DNA of 34,873 bases from Bacillota bacterium (GTDB lineage: Bacteria; Bacillota_I; Bacilli_A; RFN20; CAG-826): the NCBI GenBank assembly GCA_023457325.1, contig JAEWLX010000026.1, positions 1 to 34,873 of the forward strand, in the 5' to 3' direction. Numbering within the stretch: the stretch's first letter is position 1; each line of letters begins with the position of its first letter. The notes under the pieces are model-generated. The model made no database searches, was not told where the DNA came from, and was given only the letters and a program-made list of their open reading frames with translations. Positions 11,864 through 21,023 of this stretch are shown here, piece after piece. The translations under genes were made by a program, and so were the position numbers.

Positions 11864-13357
11864 ATGAAAAGAAAGACATTTTTTATTATACCTATCTTGG
11901 CGATGTTGCTTGCTGGCTGTGGTCCAGTTGGTGACTCTTCAAGTGTGACTGATTCAACCTCTATTTTTCCTTCTGACGAAACTTCAAGTTCAAGTGATGA
12001 AGAAGAACATGATTCCTTTTATCGCGCTCCTGACCAGGAAATCACTTATCATGATGTTTCAAGAGCGGGGGAGATGGATAGTATCCCTGCTATTGGTGAT
12101 GTCGATTTACTCGTTATACCAGTCATTATTGATGGCTATGAAAGTACGGCGACAAGCAAAACAAGGTCTGATATCCAAAAAGCAATGTTTGGTGAAGCGG
12201 AAGACACTAGTTGGGAATCGGTGGCTAGTTTTTATCAAAAATCAAGCTATGGAAAATTAAACCTAAGTGGAATCGTTACAAACTGGTTTGATTCGGGTTA
12301 CTCTTCTTCGGATATGCTTTCGTTAGAAAAAAAGGATATTGATTCTGTTTCAATTCTCATGGAAGACGCAATTGATTGGGTGCGTGACACACAGCCACAA
12401 ATTGATTTAAAAGACTTTGATAACGATAGTGATGGCCACATTGATGCTGTTTGGATGATATACTCGGCTCCTTCTAATCTAAACGATGTGTTTTGGGCTT
12501 ATGTCTATTGGAATTATCGCAATCAAAATAACAAAAGTATTGCAAATCCTACTCCTTTTGCCTATGGATGGGCCAGTTACGATTTTATGTATGAAGGATA
12601 CGGATCAAGCGGAATTGATGGTCATACATATATTCATGAAACAGGGCATTTACTTGGCTTAGACGACTATTATGATTACGATGGTGACACATCACCGATG
12701 GGTGGTATTGATATGATGGATTATAACATCATTGACCATAATGGTTTTTCTAAATTTGCCTTGGGATGGACAAATCCCTATGTTGTGACGGGCGATGCTG
12801 ATATTGAAATATCTCCAGCTTCTTCAACTGGCGATTCTGTTTTACTCTCGGCTGATTGGAACGGCAACCCTTTTGATGAATATATTCTTATAGAACTCTA
12901 TACTCCTGACGGTTTAAATGAGAAGGATTCTAAGTCCGCTTACCCTGGCAATAATATGCGAGGATTTACTGTTCCTGGGGTTAGAATGTATCACATTGAT
13001 GCTCGACTTTTTGACAGAAGGGCAAGAACATATGTTGATAATCTTGATGTTTCAAACGCCTATATCGGCGCTTCAAATTCTGAGTCATGGTCCTTTCTTG
13101 CTTCGAATCAAGCAAAATTTAAACTTTTGTCGTTAGTGGACGCTAATAAAAACGTGAAATACCTAAGTAACCCTTATGCGGTAGCCACTAACAAAACATT
13201 GTTTAGTGAAGGTAAGACATTTACATTCCAAGACTATAAAACCGCCTTCCCGCTTGGCAATGGTTTGAAGATGAACGATGGCACGACTTTCCCCTTTTCA
13301 ATTGAGTTTAGTCAAGTGAATTCAGAGAGTGCTAAAATAAAAATAAGAGTTATTTGA
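11864..13357 (+). CDS. Lipoprotein with M6-like zinc-metalloprotease domain, paralog 2 of 4
   Basis: 497 aa with lipobox LLAGC followed by a Ser/Asp/Glu-rich tether. It has LLVIPVIIDGY, WESVASFYQKSSYGKL, DNDSDGHID, HETGHLLGLDDYY (12635-12649), DMMDY and YHIDARL. It ends in TGA. No SD is visible upstream. Confidence 0.8.
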   Translation: MKRKTFFIIPILAMLLAGCGPVGDSSSVTDSTSIFPSDETSSSSDEEEHDSFYRAPDQEITYHDVSRAGEMDSIPAIGDVDLLVIPVIIDGYESTATSKTRSDIQKAMFGEAEDTSWESVASFYQKSSYGKLNLSGIVTNWFDSGYSSSDMLSLEKKDIDSVSILMEDAIDWVRDTQPQIDLKDFDNDSDGHIDAVWMIYSAPSNLNDVFWAYVYWNYRNQNNKSIANPTPFAYGWASYDFMYEGYGSSGIDGHTYIHETGHLLGLDDYYDYDGDTSPMGGIDMMDYNIIDHNGFSKFALGWTNPYVVTGDADIEISPASSTGDSVLLSADWNGNPFDEYILIELYTPDGLNEKDSKSAYPGNNMRGFTVPGVRMYHIDARLFDRRARTYVDNLDVSNAYIGASNSESWSFLASNQAKFKLLSLVDANKNVKYLSNPYAVATNKTLFSEGKTFTFQDYKTAFPLGNGLKMNDGTTFPFSIEFSQVNSESAKIKIRVI

Positions 13358-13399
13358 TTTATATAGTAGGAAAGAGAACTTTATAATTAGGAACAAACA

Positions 13400-15013
13400 G
13401 TGAAAAGAAAAGTGTTATATCTTTCCTCGTTAGTGGCAATTGTTTTAAGCAGTTGCACCATTTCCTTTGGAAGTTCGAATAGTGCTTCCCAAATAGATAG
13501 TGATACATCATCAGATTCTGACCCATCTTCAAGCGAAACCATTAGCGATGTTCCTTCAACAACAAGCAGTGAAAATTCTTCCGATTCCTCATCAACTTTG
13601 GAAGAAGGCTGGGATAACTACTATTTACCGGATGAAGTCGATCCCTATCATTCATATCAAGATCTAAAAATGAATGTAGGTATTGATGCAGTTCCTAGTC
13701 CTCGTACGGATATTGACATTTTAGTTATACCAATTGAGTTCACCGACTATTCTTTTTCATCAAAGACTTTGGCTGACATAGAAATACTATTTAATGGAAC
13801 ACCATCACAAACAAAATATTGGGAATCTGTTTCTTCATTTTATGAAAAATCCAGTTATGGAAACCAGGTGATGGATTTTACTGTAGCCCCAAAATACAAT
13901 ACCGGACTGACGGCTAGCCAAGCATCAAGGCTAGACACGAGTTATACACAATACTTCTCAACTAATCTTCTAAGAAGTGCTGTCGATAATTACAAATTGA
14001 CAAATGGTAGTTCATCAACGCGGCAATTCGATGCCGATGGCAATGGCTATATCGATGCTGTGTGGATGATTTATAGTTGTCCAAATCATAGCAATTCACC
14101 GACAATCAAAAATATTTCCGAAGATTTCTGGGCTTATGTTTTCTGGGATTATTATGATCAATCTTCTTCAACAACTAGTCCTAACCCCAACGCCTATGCC
14201 TGGGCAAGTTATGATTTCATGTACGAGGGCGGCGGAACAAACAAAGTTGACGCCCACACTTATATTCATGAAACTGGCCACCTTTTAGGTTTAGATGATT
14301 ACTATAATTATGATGAAAATAGCACTTATAAGCCTCTAGGGGCCATCGATATGATGGATTATAATGTCGGCGACCATAACGCTTGGTCAAAAATGGCTTT
14401 AGGTTGGTTAAAACCATATGTTGTGACCGGCGACGCCCAAATCACGATCAATCCCGTTGAAAGTAGTGGTGATGCCATCTTGATTGCTGATAACTGGAAT
14501 GGCACTTCGTTTGACGAATTCTTGTTGCTCGAACTAATCACACCCACCGGTTTAAATGATCTTGACTCAAAAACTATTTATGCTGACGTATATCCACTTG
14601 TTTATACGCAACCAGGCATACGGCTTTTACATATCGATTCCAGACTCGGTATCTTTAATTACTATGGAGGTTTCATTGGATATGGTGATCCTGGTGATTT
14701 GCCCCTTTATAATGATTCGACGCAGAGATACTTCGACCAAGTTAATTCAAACACACCTTCACGTAGTGTGGCCAATCCAGATTATCGACTGGTTCATATG
14801 ATTCAAGCTGGTGGCACAAACACCTTTGACACAGGTTATACCGGTACTTATTCCGATCTTTTTAGAACCGGTATGTCTTTTTCGATGGCCAATTATGGTT
14901 CAGAGTTTTTTGAAAACGGCAATAAGCTTAATAATGGTAATTCATTAGGCTATACAATCGATTTTATAAACGTCAATTTGTCATCCGCGACTATACGTGT
15001 GAATAAAATCTAG
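13400..15013 (+). CDS. Lipoprotein with M6-like zinc-metalloprotease domain, paralog 3 of 4
   Basis: 537 aa with a GTG start 7 nt after AGGA. Lipobox VLSSC followed by a ~50-aa Ser/Asp-rich tether. It has ILVIPIEFTDY, WESVSSFYEKSSYGN, DADGNGYID, HETGHLLGLDDYY (14267-14281), DMMDY and LHIDSRL. Confidence 0.8.
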   Translation: MKRKVLYLSSLVAIVLSSCTISFGSSNSASQIDSDTSSDSDPSSSETISDVPSTTSSENSSDSSSTLEEGWDNYYLPDEVDPYHSYQDLKMNVGIDAVPSPRTDIDILVIPIEFTDYSFSSKTLADIEILFNGTPSQTKYWESVSSFYEKSSYGNQVMDFTVAPKYNTGLTASQASRLDTSYTQYFSTNLLRSAVDNYKLTNGSSSTRQFDADGNGYIDAVWMIYSCPNHSNSPTIKNISEDFWAYVFWDYYDQSSSTTSPNPNAYAWASYDFMYEGGGTNKVDAHTYIHETGHLLGLDDYYNYDENSTYKPLGAIDMMDYNVGDHNAWSKMALGWLKPYVVTGDAQITINPVESSGDAILIADNWNGTSFDEFLLLELITPTGLNDLDSKTIYADVYPLVYTQPGIRLLHIDSRLGIFNYYGGFIGYGDPGDLPLYNDSTQRYFDQVNSNTPSRSVANPDYRLVHMIQAGGTNTFDTGYTGTYSDLFRTGMSFSMANYGSEFFENGNKLNNGNSLGYTIDFINVNLSSATIRVNKI

Positions 15014-15027
15014 TATTATTGATATAG

Positions 15028-16530
15028 ATGAAAAAGAACAGTAACCGCTTATTTATTTTCTCTTTATTTCTGACGAGCTCATTAATTGTTTCAGCTTGCG
15101 CAAATACACCTTTACCATTCGTACCGTTTTTTGATTACGCCCTCGATCAAGATAACCATGAGACAATCCAGGGTGAAGGCTACTATAAACCAGGTGACTA
15201 TTCTCCATACACTTATTTAAATGATGAAGAAGTAGAAGAATCGTTTACTGATTTTACTGAAATGTATCGTCACCAAGGCGTTCGCAAAAACATCAGGTCT
15301 ACTGGAAGACAAAAAATATTAGTTATTCCTGTTGATTTTGATGATTACCCATCCACTCTTCTTCTCGAAGGAACAGAAGGCTCTTTAGAGGTTCTTCGCA
15401 ATGCTTTTTTTGGCATCGACAATAATAACCACTGGCAATCAGTGGCGAGTTATTACAATGAATCGAGCTACGGCAAACTTGTCCTTGATGGAAAAGTTAC
15501 GGATTGGTATCGCTCAAGCTATCGAGCTTCACAAATTCGCGACCAGTCTGCAAATATTACGGTTGTCGGCGCAATCTATAACGCCGCGCTTACTTGGTAT
15601 CAGGAAACATATGGCGATTTGAGTGCTTACTATGTAGATGGAGATGCTTCTAATCGCATACCGGTTTATCTTGTTTATTCTCATCCCTCGGAGACGGGTT
15701 CTAGTGCCCGCAATAAAATGTTTTGGGCTTATACAATTAATCGCAACAATATTTTGACGTGCTGGTCAAGCTATTCGTTAACGTATTTAACTGATGGTCG
15801 ACCTGACACTCATACTTATATTCACGAGGTCGGGCATTTGTTTGGACTTGATGATTATTACAACACTGAAGGAGGACCATATGGTCCAACCGGACGTGCC
15901 GATATGATGGATTATAGTATCGGTGATCATACCGGTTATTCGAAAATGCTTTTAAACTGGACGAGGCCATACGTCGTAACTGATAGCGCCGAAATTACGA
16001 TTCGCCCCTTTTATAATAGTGGCGATTTGATACTAATCAAAGATGGTTGGAACAAGACGGCGATGGACGAGTACTTGCTTCTTGAGTTTTATAGTCCCAA
16101 CGGTCTAAATGCTCACGACTCACGACCAACGCACAGTGAACCGCGCTTAATGCAAGAAATTGGCATAAAAGTTTATCATGTTGATTCACGACTGGCCTTT
16201 TGGGCAGCGGGCAATCAGACGCGACCCCTTGGTTATGTCGAGGATGGCGGATATAGTCAAGATACTAATCGCGTCGGAATAGTACATAGCAACTCAGTCG
16301 AAAAGACTTATAATGATTGCCTTCTTTATCATCTCCTTGAAAGCAGTGGTAAAAACACCTTTATAAATGGTGCCTCGGCCTCAAATGATACGTTATTTTC
16401 AAAAGGCGATACATTCGGCGTTACAACCTTTAATAATTTCACCTTTAATGGTGGCAGCCCTCTTGGCTATACCTTCACTGTCTCGAGCCTTTCCAACACT
16501 CACGCAACGATTAACATAAATAAAATTTAA
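15028..16530 (+). CDS. Lipoprotein with M6-like zinc-metalloprotease domain, paralog 4 of 4
   Basis: 500 aa with lipobox IVSAC. It has ILVIPVDFDDYP, WQSVASYYNESSYGKL, HEVGHLFGLDDYY (15823-15837), DMMDY and YHVDSRL. It starts 14 nt after the paralog 3 stop, with no SD. Confidence 0.8.
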   Translation: MKKNSNRLFIFSLFLTSSLIVSACANTPLPFVPFFDYALDQDNHETIQGEGYYKPGDYSPYTYLNDEEVEESFTDFTEMYRHQGVRKNIRSTGRQKILVIPVDFDDYPSTLLLEGTEGSLEVLRNAFFGIDNNNHWQSVASYYNESSYGKLVLDGKVTDWYRSSYRASQIRDQSANITVVGAIYNAALTWYQETYGDLSAYYVDGDASNRIPVYLVYSHPSETGSSARNKMFWAYTINRNNILTCWSSYSLTYLTDGRPDTHTYIHEVGHLFGLDDYYNTEGGPYGPTGRADMMDYSIGDHTGYSKMLLNWTRPYVVTDSAEITIRPFYNSGDLILIKDGWNKTAMDEYLLLEFYSPNGLNAHDSRPTHSEPRLMQEIGIKVYHVDSRLAFWAAGNQTRPLGYVEDGGYSQDTNRVGIVHSNSVEKTYNDCLLYHLLESSGKNTFINGASASNDTLFSKGDTFGVTTFNNFTFNGGSPLGYTFTVSSLSNTHATININKI

Positions 16531-16538
16531 CTTTTGTC

Positions 16539-16568
16539 TTGACTAATATATTACCAAGTTGTTATTAT
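16539..16568 (+). promoter_or_regulatory. Candidate promoter of the rpsL-rpsG-fusA(-tuf) operon
   Basis: TTGACT (16539-16544), an 18-nt spacer, and extended -10 TGtTATTAT (16560-16568). This leaves a ~100-nt leader before rpsL. Confidence 0.55.
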
Positions 16569-16669
16569 CTTTCAGGACACATATTAAGGCCACGAAGGCC
16601 TATTTATTTGTAAGATGTGCGATACACCGGGAATTGTGTACGTACAATCAAGCGAAAGGAGGATGTCCA

Positions 16670-17080
16670 ATGCCAACCATTAATCAGCTAGTAAGGCAAG
16701 GACGCGTTCGTTCTACATTCAAATCCAAAGCCCCCGCCTTGGGCAAAAGATGGAACTCTCTTAATAAGAAGGAGACATCGCAAAATTCAGCCCAAAAGCG
16801 CGGAGTTTGTACTCGTGTAGGAACAATGACGCCGAAAAAACCAAACTCAGCCCTCAGAAAGTATGCTCGTATTCGTTTATCAAACGGATATGAAGTGAAT
16901 GCTTATATCGGCGGTGAAGGTCACAACCTTCAAGAACACTCCACTGTTTTAATTCGCGGTGGTCGTGTTAAAGATTTACCTGGTGTTCGTTACCACATTA
17001 TTCGTGGCACACTAGATACGGCCGGTATCGAAAGCCGCCGTCAAGGCCGTAGCCAATATGGCACAAAAAGACCTAAGTAA
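16670..17080 (+). CDS. rpsL: 30S ribosomal protein S12
   Basis: The track ORF begins at 16559. However, the universally conserved S12 N-terminus [12 protein letters not shown] starts at ATG 16670, 7 nt after AAGGAGG. Further S12 blocks: [48 protein letters not shown]. Confidence 0.95.
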   Translation: MPTINQLVRQGRVRSTFKSKAPALGKRWNSLNKKETSQNSAQKRGVCTRVGTMTPKKPNSALRKYARIRLSNGYEVNAYIGGEGHNLQEHSTVLIRGGRVKDLPGVRYHIIRGTLDTAGIESRRQGRSQYGTKRPK

Positions 17081-17115
17081 TCGTTTATTTAGGTAATTGA
17101 TAAGGAGATAAAAAT

Positions 17116-17586
17116 ATGCCACGCAAAGGAAGTGTGAGCAAACGCGACGTCTTACCAGATCCAATTTATAGTTCAAAATTGGTCACGCGTTTGATCAACA
17201 AAATAATGCTTGATGGTAAAAGAGGAACCGCGCAAACGATTCTTTATAGTGCTTTCAAGAAAATTGAAACAAAAACTGGTAAACCAGCCATGGACGTTTT
17301 TGCCACGGCGATAAATAACATCATGCCTGAAGTTCAACTAAAAGTACGCCGTATTGGCGCAGCCAACTATCAAGTTCCTACCGAAGTGACTGCGGACCGC
17401 AAGGTGACATTAGGCTTACGTTGGTTAGTGAACTACGCACGTCTTCGTAATGAAAAGACAATGGAAGACAAACTCGCTAATGAAATTATTGATGCCGCCA
17501 ATGGAACTGGCGCATCCGTTAAGAAGAGGGAAGATACGCACAAGATGGCCGAAGCAAATAAGGCGTACGCTCATTACCGTTGGTAA
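17116..17586 (+). CDS. rpsG: 30S ribosomal protein S7
   Basis: 156 aa with AAGGAG upstream. S7 blocks: MPRKG...[25 protein letters not shown], ...YQVPTEV...R...LGLRWLV. Confidence 0.96.
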   Translation: MPRKGSVSKRDVLPDPIYSSKLVTRLINKIMLDGKRGTAQTILYSAFKKIETKTGKPAMDVFATAINNIMPEVQLKVRRIGAANYQVPTEVTADRKVTLGLRWLVNYARLRNEKTMEDKLANEIIDAANGTGASVKKREDTHKMAEANKAYAHYRW

Positions 17587-17601
17587 CGAGGGAGTCTTAT
17601 T

Positions 17602-19680
17602 ATGGCACGTGAATATGACTTAGAACATACCCGCAATATTGGCATCATGGCGCATATTGACGCGGGTAAAACAACAACGACAGAAAGAATTTTGTACTAC
17701 ACTGGAAAGATTCATAAAATCGGCGAAACCCATGAGGGCTCGGCGACAATGGACTGGATGGCGCAGGAACAAGAACGCGGCATTACGATTACTTCAGCTG
17801 CGACAACCGCTTTCTGGAAAGGGCATCGCGTTAATATCATCGACACTCCAGGACACGTCGACTTCACGGTCGAAGTCGAAAGATCACTTCGTGTTCTTGA
17901 TGGAGCCGTTACCGTTCTCGATGGTAAAAATGGCGTTGAGCCACAAACGGAAACTGTTTGGCGCCAAGGCACCAAATACAATGTTCCCCGCATCGTTTTC
18001 GTCAATAAACTCGATGCAATCGGTGCTGATTTTGATATGTGTATCGACACACTTCATTCGCGCTTAGCAGCGAATGCTGAGGCTGTTCAATACCCAATCG
18101 GAATCGAAAGCCGGTTTAATGGCATTATCGATTTAATCAATCGTAAAGCCTACTCCTATTTAGCAGATAAAAGTGAGGGACCTGTTGAAATAGCTATTCC
18201 CGAAGATTATCTTGAAAAAACCGAGAATATGCGTTGGAAATTACTCGAAGCTCTCGCAGCTTTCAATGATGAACTTATGTTGATGGTTCTCGAAGGCGAA
18301 GAACCTTCAATTGATCTTATTAAAGCGACGATTCGTAAAGCTGTTTTAAGTGGTGAGTTCTTTCCTGTTTTCTGTGGATCAGCTTACAAAAACAAAGGTA
18401 TCCAATTACTTCTAGATGGCGTAATTGACTATCTTCCAAGCCCCATTGATATTCCTCACCAAAAAGGCCATTATAGCGATGGTCGCGAATACATTTGCGA
18501 ACCTGATGATAGCCTTCCGCTTGCAGCCTTAGCTTTTAAAATCGCGACCGACCCATATATTGGACGTCTCGCTTACGTTCGTGTGTATTCAGGAACTTTA
18601 AAAAGTGGCTCATATGTTATCAACACTACAAAAGGTGTTAAAGAACGTATTGGCCGAGTTGTCCTAATGCACTCAAACCATCGTCAAGAAGTTGAACAAC
18701 TCCACGCTGGTGATATCGGCGCTGTTGTCGGTCTCAAAAACACGATTACAGGCGATACTCTCGCCGCTGAAAAACTTGATGTCATGCTCGAAAAAATGGA
18801 ATTTCCAGAACCTGTTATTGAACAAGCGGTGGAACCCAAATCAAAAGCTGATCAGGAAAAAATGGGTGTTGCTCTTCAAAAACTATCAGAAGAAGATCCA
18901 ACCTTCCGCGTTCACACCAACAGTGAAACTGGCCAGACGATTATCGCCGGCGTTGGTGAATTGCATCTTGATATTATCGTTGATCGCATGAAAAGAGAGT
19001 TTGGCGTTCAAGTTAACGTCGGCGCTCCGCAAGTTGGCTATCGCGAAACAATTAAGAGCAGTGGCGAATGTGAAGGAAAATACATCAAACAGTCGGGTGG
19101 TCGCGGCCAATATGGTCACGTTAAAATCCGCTTTGAACCGAACCCCGGAAAGGGATTTGAATTCGTTGACAATATCGTCGGTGGCGTTGTTCCAAAAGAA
19201 TATATTCGCCCAACGAGTGATGGTCTTCGCGATTCACTTGAAAGAGGCTTAGTTGCCGGCTATCCAGTTATCGATTTAAAAGCTACTTTATTTGATGGTA
19301 GTTATCACGAAGTCGATAGTAGTGAAGCAGCTTACAAAATTGCGGCTAGTATGGCTTTAAAAGAAGCGGCTAGGACATGCAGTCCAACCATTCTTGAGCC
19401 AATTATGAAAGTCGAAGTTACAGTTCCGGAAGATTATTATGGTGATGTCATTGGTGATATTACGCGTCGTCGCGGTCAAATGACCGGTGAGTCACAGCGC
19501 GGTAATGCCAAGACGATTGATGCCGATGTTCCTCTTTCAGAAATGTTTGGTTATGTCACTGACTTGCGCTCATTTACTCAAGGCCGTGGCACTTACACTA
19601 TGCAATTCTCTCACTATGGAGAATGCCCACGTTTCGTTCAGGAAGAAATCATCAAAAAATCCGGAATGAGTCAACGCTAA
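17602..19680 (+). CDS. fusA: Elongation factor G
   Basis: 692 aa. G-domain motifs [20 protein letters not shown] and NKLD, plus EF-G domain IV/V blocks ([26 protein letters not shown]). Confidence 0.98.
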   Translation: MAREYDLEHTRNIGIMAHIDAGKTTTTERILYYTGKIHKIGETHEGSATMDWMAQEQERGITITSAATTAFWKGHRVNIIDTPGHVDFTVEVERSLRVLDGAVTVLDGKNGVEPQTETVWRQGTKYNVPRIVFVNKLDAIGADFDMCIDTLHSRLAANAEAVQYPIGIESRFNGIIDLINRKAYSYLADKSEGPVEIAIPEDYLEKTENMRWKLLEALAAFNDELMLMVLEGEEPSIDLIKATIRKAVLSGEFFPVFCGSAYKNKGIQLLLDGVIDYLPSPIDIPHQKGHYSDGREYICEPDDSLPLAALAFKIATDPYIGRLAYVRVYSGTLKSGSYVINTTKGVKERIGRVVLMHSNHRQEVEQLHAGDIGAVVGLKNTITGDTLAAEKLDVMLEKMEFPEPVIEQAVEPKSKADQEKMGVALQKLSEEDPTFRVHTNSETGQTIIAGVGELHLDIIVDRMKREFGVQVNVGAPQVGYRETIKSSGECEGKYIKQSGGRGQYGHVKIRFEPNPGKGFEFVDNIVGGVVPKEYIRPTSDGLRDSLERGLVAGYPVIDLKATLFDGSYHEVDSSEAAYKIAASMALKEAARTCSPTILEPIMKVEVTVPEDYYGDVIGDITRRRGQMTGESQRGNAKTIDADVPLSEMFGYVTDLRSFTQGRGTYTMQFSHYGECPRFVQEEIIKKSGMSQR

Positions 19681-19697
19681 TAAATTAATACCTTGTA

Positions 19698-19724
19698 TTG
19701 ATTTTAATAAAAGTTTGCTATAAT
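19698..19724 (+). promoter_or_regulatory. Candidate internal promoter for tuf
   Basis: Extended -10 TGcTATAAT (19716-19724) in the 91-nt fusA-tuf gap. The -35-like TTGATT (19698-19703) has only a 15-nt spacer, so the call rests mostly on the extended -10. Confidence 0.45.
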
Positions 19725-19771
19725 ATGAATTCGGTTGAATTTATCAAAGTAATAAGGAGGAAATTCAAACA

Positions 19772-20950
19772 ATGGCAAAAGAAAAATTTAATAGAGCAAA
19801 GACGCACGTCAATGTTGGTACAATCGGTCACGTCGACCACGGCAAAACGACCTTAACTGCCGCCATTACGAAAGTCTTAGCTAAAAAAGGTGGAGCCAAA
19901 GCGACCGCTTATTCGCAAATTGACTCAGCACCAGAAGAAAAAGCTCGCGGTATTACGATTAACACATCACATATTGAATACCAAACCGACAAACGGCACT
20001 ATGCCCACGTCGACTGCCCAGGGCACGCTGACTATGTCAAAAACATGATTACCGGTGCTGCGCAGATGGATGGTGCGATTCTTGTTGTCGCCGCCACCGA
20101 TGGCGTTATGTCACAAACTCGCGAACACATCCTACTTGCTCGTCAAGTCGGCGTTCCTTACATCGTCGTCTTCTTAAACAAGACTGACCTTGTTGATGAC
20201 CCAGAACTTATCGATCTAGTCGAAATGGACGTTCGTGATCTGCTTTCATCTTACGGTTTCCCTGGAGATGACTTACCAGTCATTCGCGGTTCAGCCCGCA
20301 ATGCCCTTGAAGGCGATGAAGAAGCTTGCATCCTCGAACTTATGGACGCTGTCGATAGCTATGTTCCTGATCCGGTTCGTGAAAAAGATAAACCATTCAT
20401 GCTCCCAATCGAAGACGTTCTCACCATTACTGGTCGTGGAACCGTCGTCACTGGTAGAGTTGATCGCGGTTTGTTAAAGCTCAACGATGAAGTTGAAATT
20501 ATTGGTATCAAGCCAACAATTAAATCCGTCGTTACCGGTATTGAAATGTTCCGTAAGTTACTCGACTTTGCTGAACCAGGAGACAACGTTGGTGTCTTAC
20601 TTCGTGGTATTAACCGTGAACAAGTCGTCCGCGGTCAAGTCTTGGCGAAGCCAGGTAGTGTTACACCACATACCAAGTTCACTGCTAGCGTCTACGTTTT
20701 AAAGAAGGAAGAAGGCGGACGTCACACAGCTTTCTTAAGCAATTACCGTCCACAATTCTACTTCCGTACGACTGACATTACTGGCGTCATCACCCTTCCG
20801 GCTGGTGTCGAAATGGTTATGCCTGGTGACAACGTTGAATTAACTGTCGAACTCATTCACCCCGTCGCGATTGAAAAAGGTACAAAGTTCTCAATCCGTG
20901 AAGGTGGAAGAACCGTTGGTTCCGGTTCAGTTACCGAAATTCTTAAATAA
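19772..20950 (+). CDS. tuf: Elongation factor Tu
   Basis: 392 aa with AAGGAGG upstream. Motifs: [55 protein letters not shown]. Confidence 0.99.
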   Translation: MAKEKFNRAKTHVNVGTIGHVDHGKTTLTAAITKVLAKKGGAKATAYSQIDSAPEEKARGITINTSHIEYQTDKRHYAHVDCPGHADYVKNMITGAAQMDGAILVVAATDGVMSQTREHILLARQVGVPYIVVFLNKTDLVDDPELIDLVEMDVRDLLSSYGFPGDDLPVIRGSARNALEGDEEACILELMDAVDSYVPDPVREKDKPFMLPIEDVLTITGRGTVVTGRVDRGLLKLNDEVEIIGIKPTIKSVVTGIEMFRKLLDFAEPGDNVGVLLRGINREQVVRGQVLAKPGSVTPHTKFTASVYVLKKEEGGRHTAFLSNYRPQFYFRTTDITGVITLPAGVEMVMPGDNVELTVELIHPVAIEKGTKFSIREGGRTVGSGSVTEILK

Positions 20951-20970
20951 GAATCAAACAACAATTAAGA

Positions 20971-20996
20971 AGACCTAGCCGTTAGGTCTTTTTTCT
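20971..20996 (+). terminator. Rho-independent terminator after tuf
   Basis: Stem AGACCTA / TAGGTCT (20971-20977 / 20983-20989) with loop GCCGT, followed by TTTTTTCTTTT. Confidence 0.8.
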
Positions 20997-21023
20997 TTTC
21001 CTAAGATGCGATAAGATTTTGAC

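Noticed and set aside
10162-16530. Phase or antigenic variation of the lipoprotein paralogs, as in mycoplasma surface families
   Set aside because: No long homopolymer or short tandem repeat occurs in the promoters or 5' coding regions. There are no inverted recombination sites or recombinase genes. The copies are too diverged at the DNA level for gene conversion.
10021-16568. Protease array as a mobile genomic island or recent horizontal insertion
   Set aside because: No integrase, transposase, flanking direct repeats or tRNA attachment site is present. Spot GC counts (roughly 40-45 percent in P1, P3 and P4, lower in parts of P2, against about 45-48 percent in rpoC) show no sharp break. A proper sliding-window GC and codon-usage calculation is still needed.
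16587-16609. Small hairpin AGGCC-ACGAA-GGCCT followed by TATTTATTT in the rpsL leader, as a possible attenuator
   Set aside because: The stem is only 5 bp and the U-tract is interrupted, which is too weak to call without transcript 3'-end data.
16559-16669. 37-codon N-terminal extension of rpsL in the ORF track
   Set aside because: The extension starts inside the predicted promoter -10. The universally conserved S12 N-terminus MPTINQL begins at ATG 16670 with a perfect SD.
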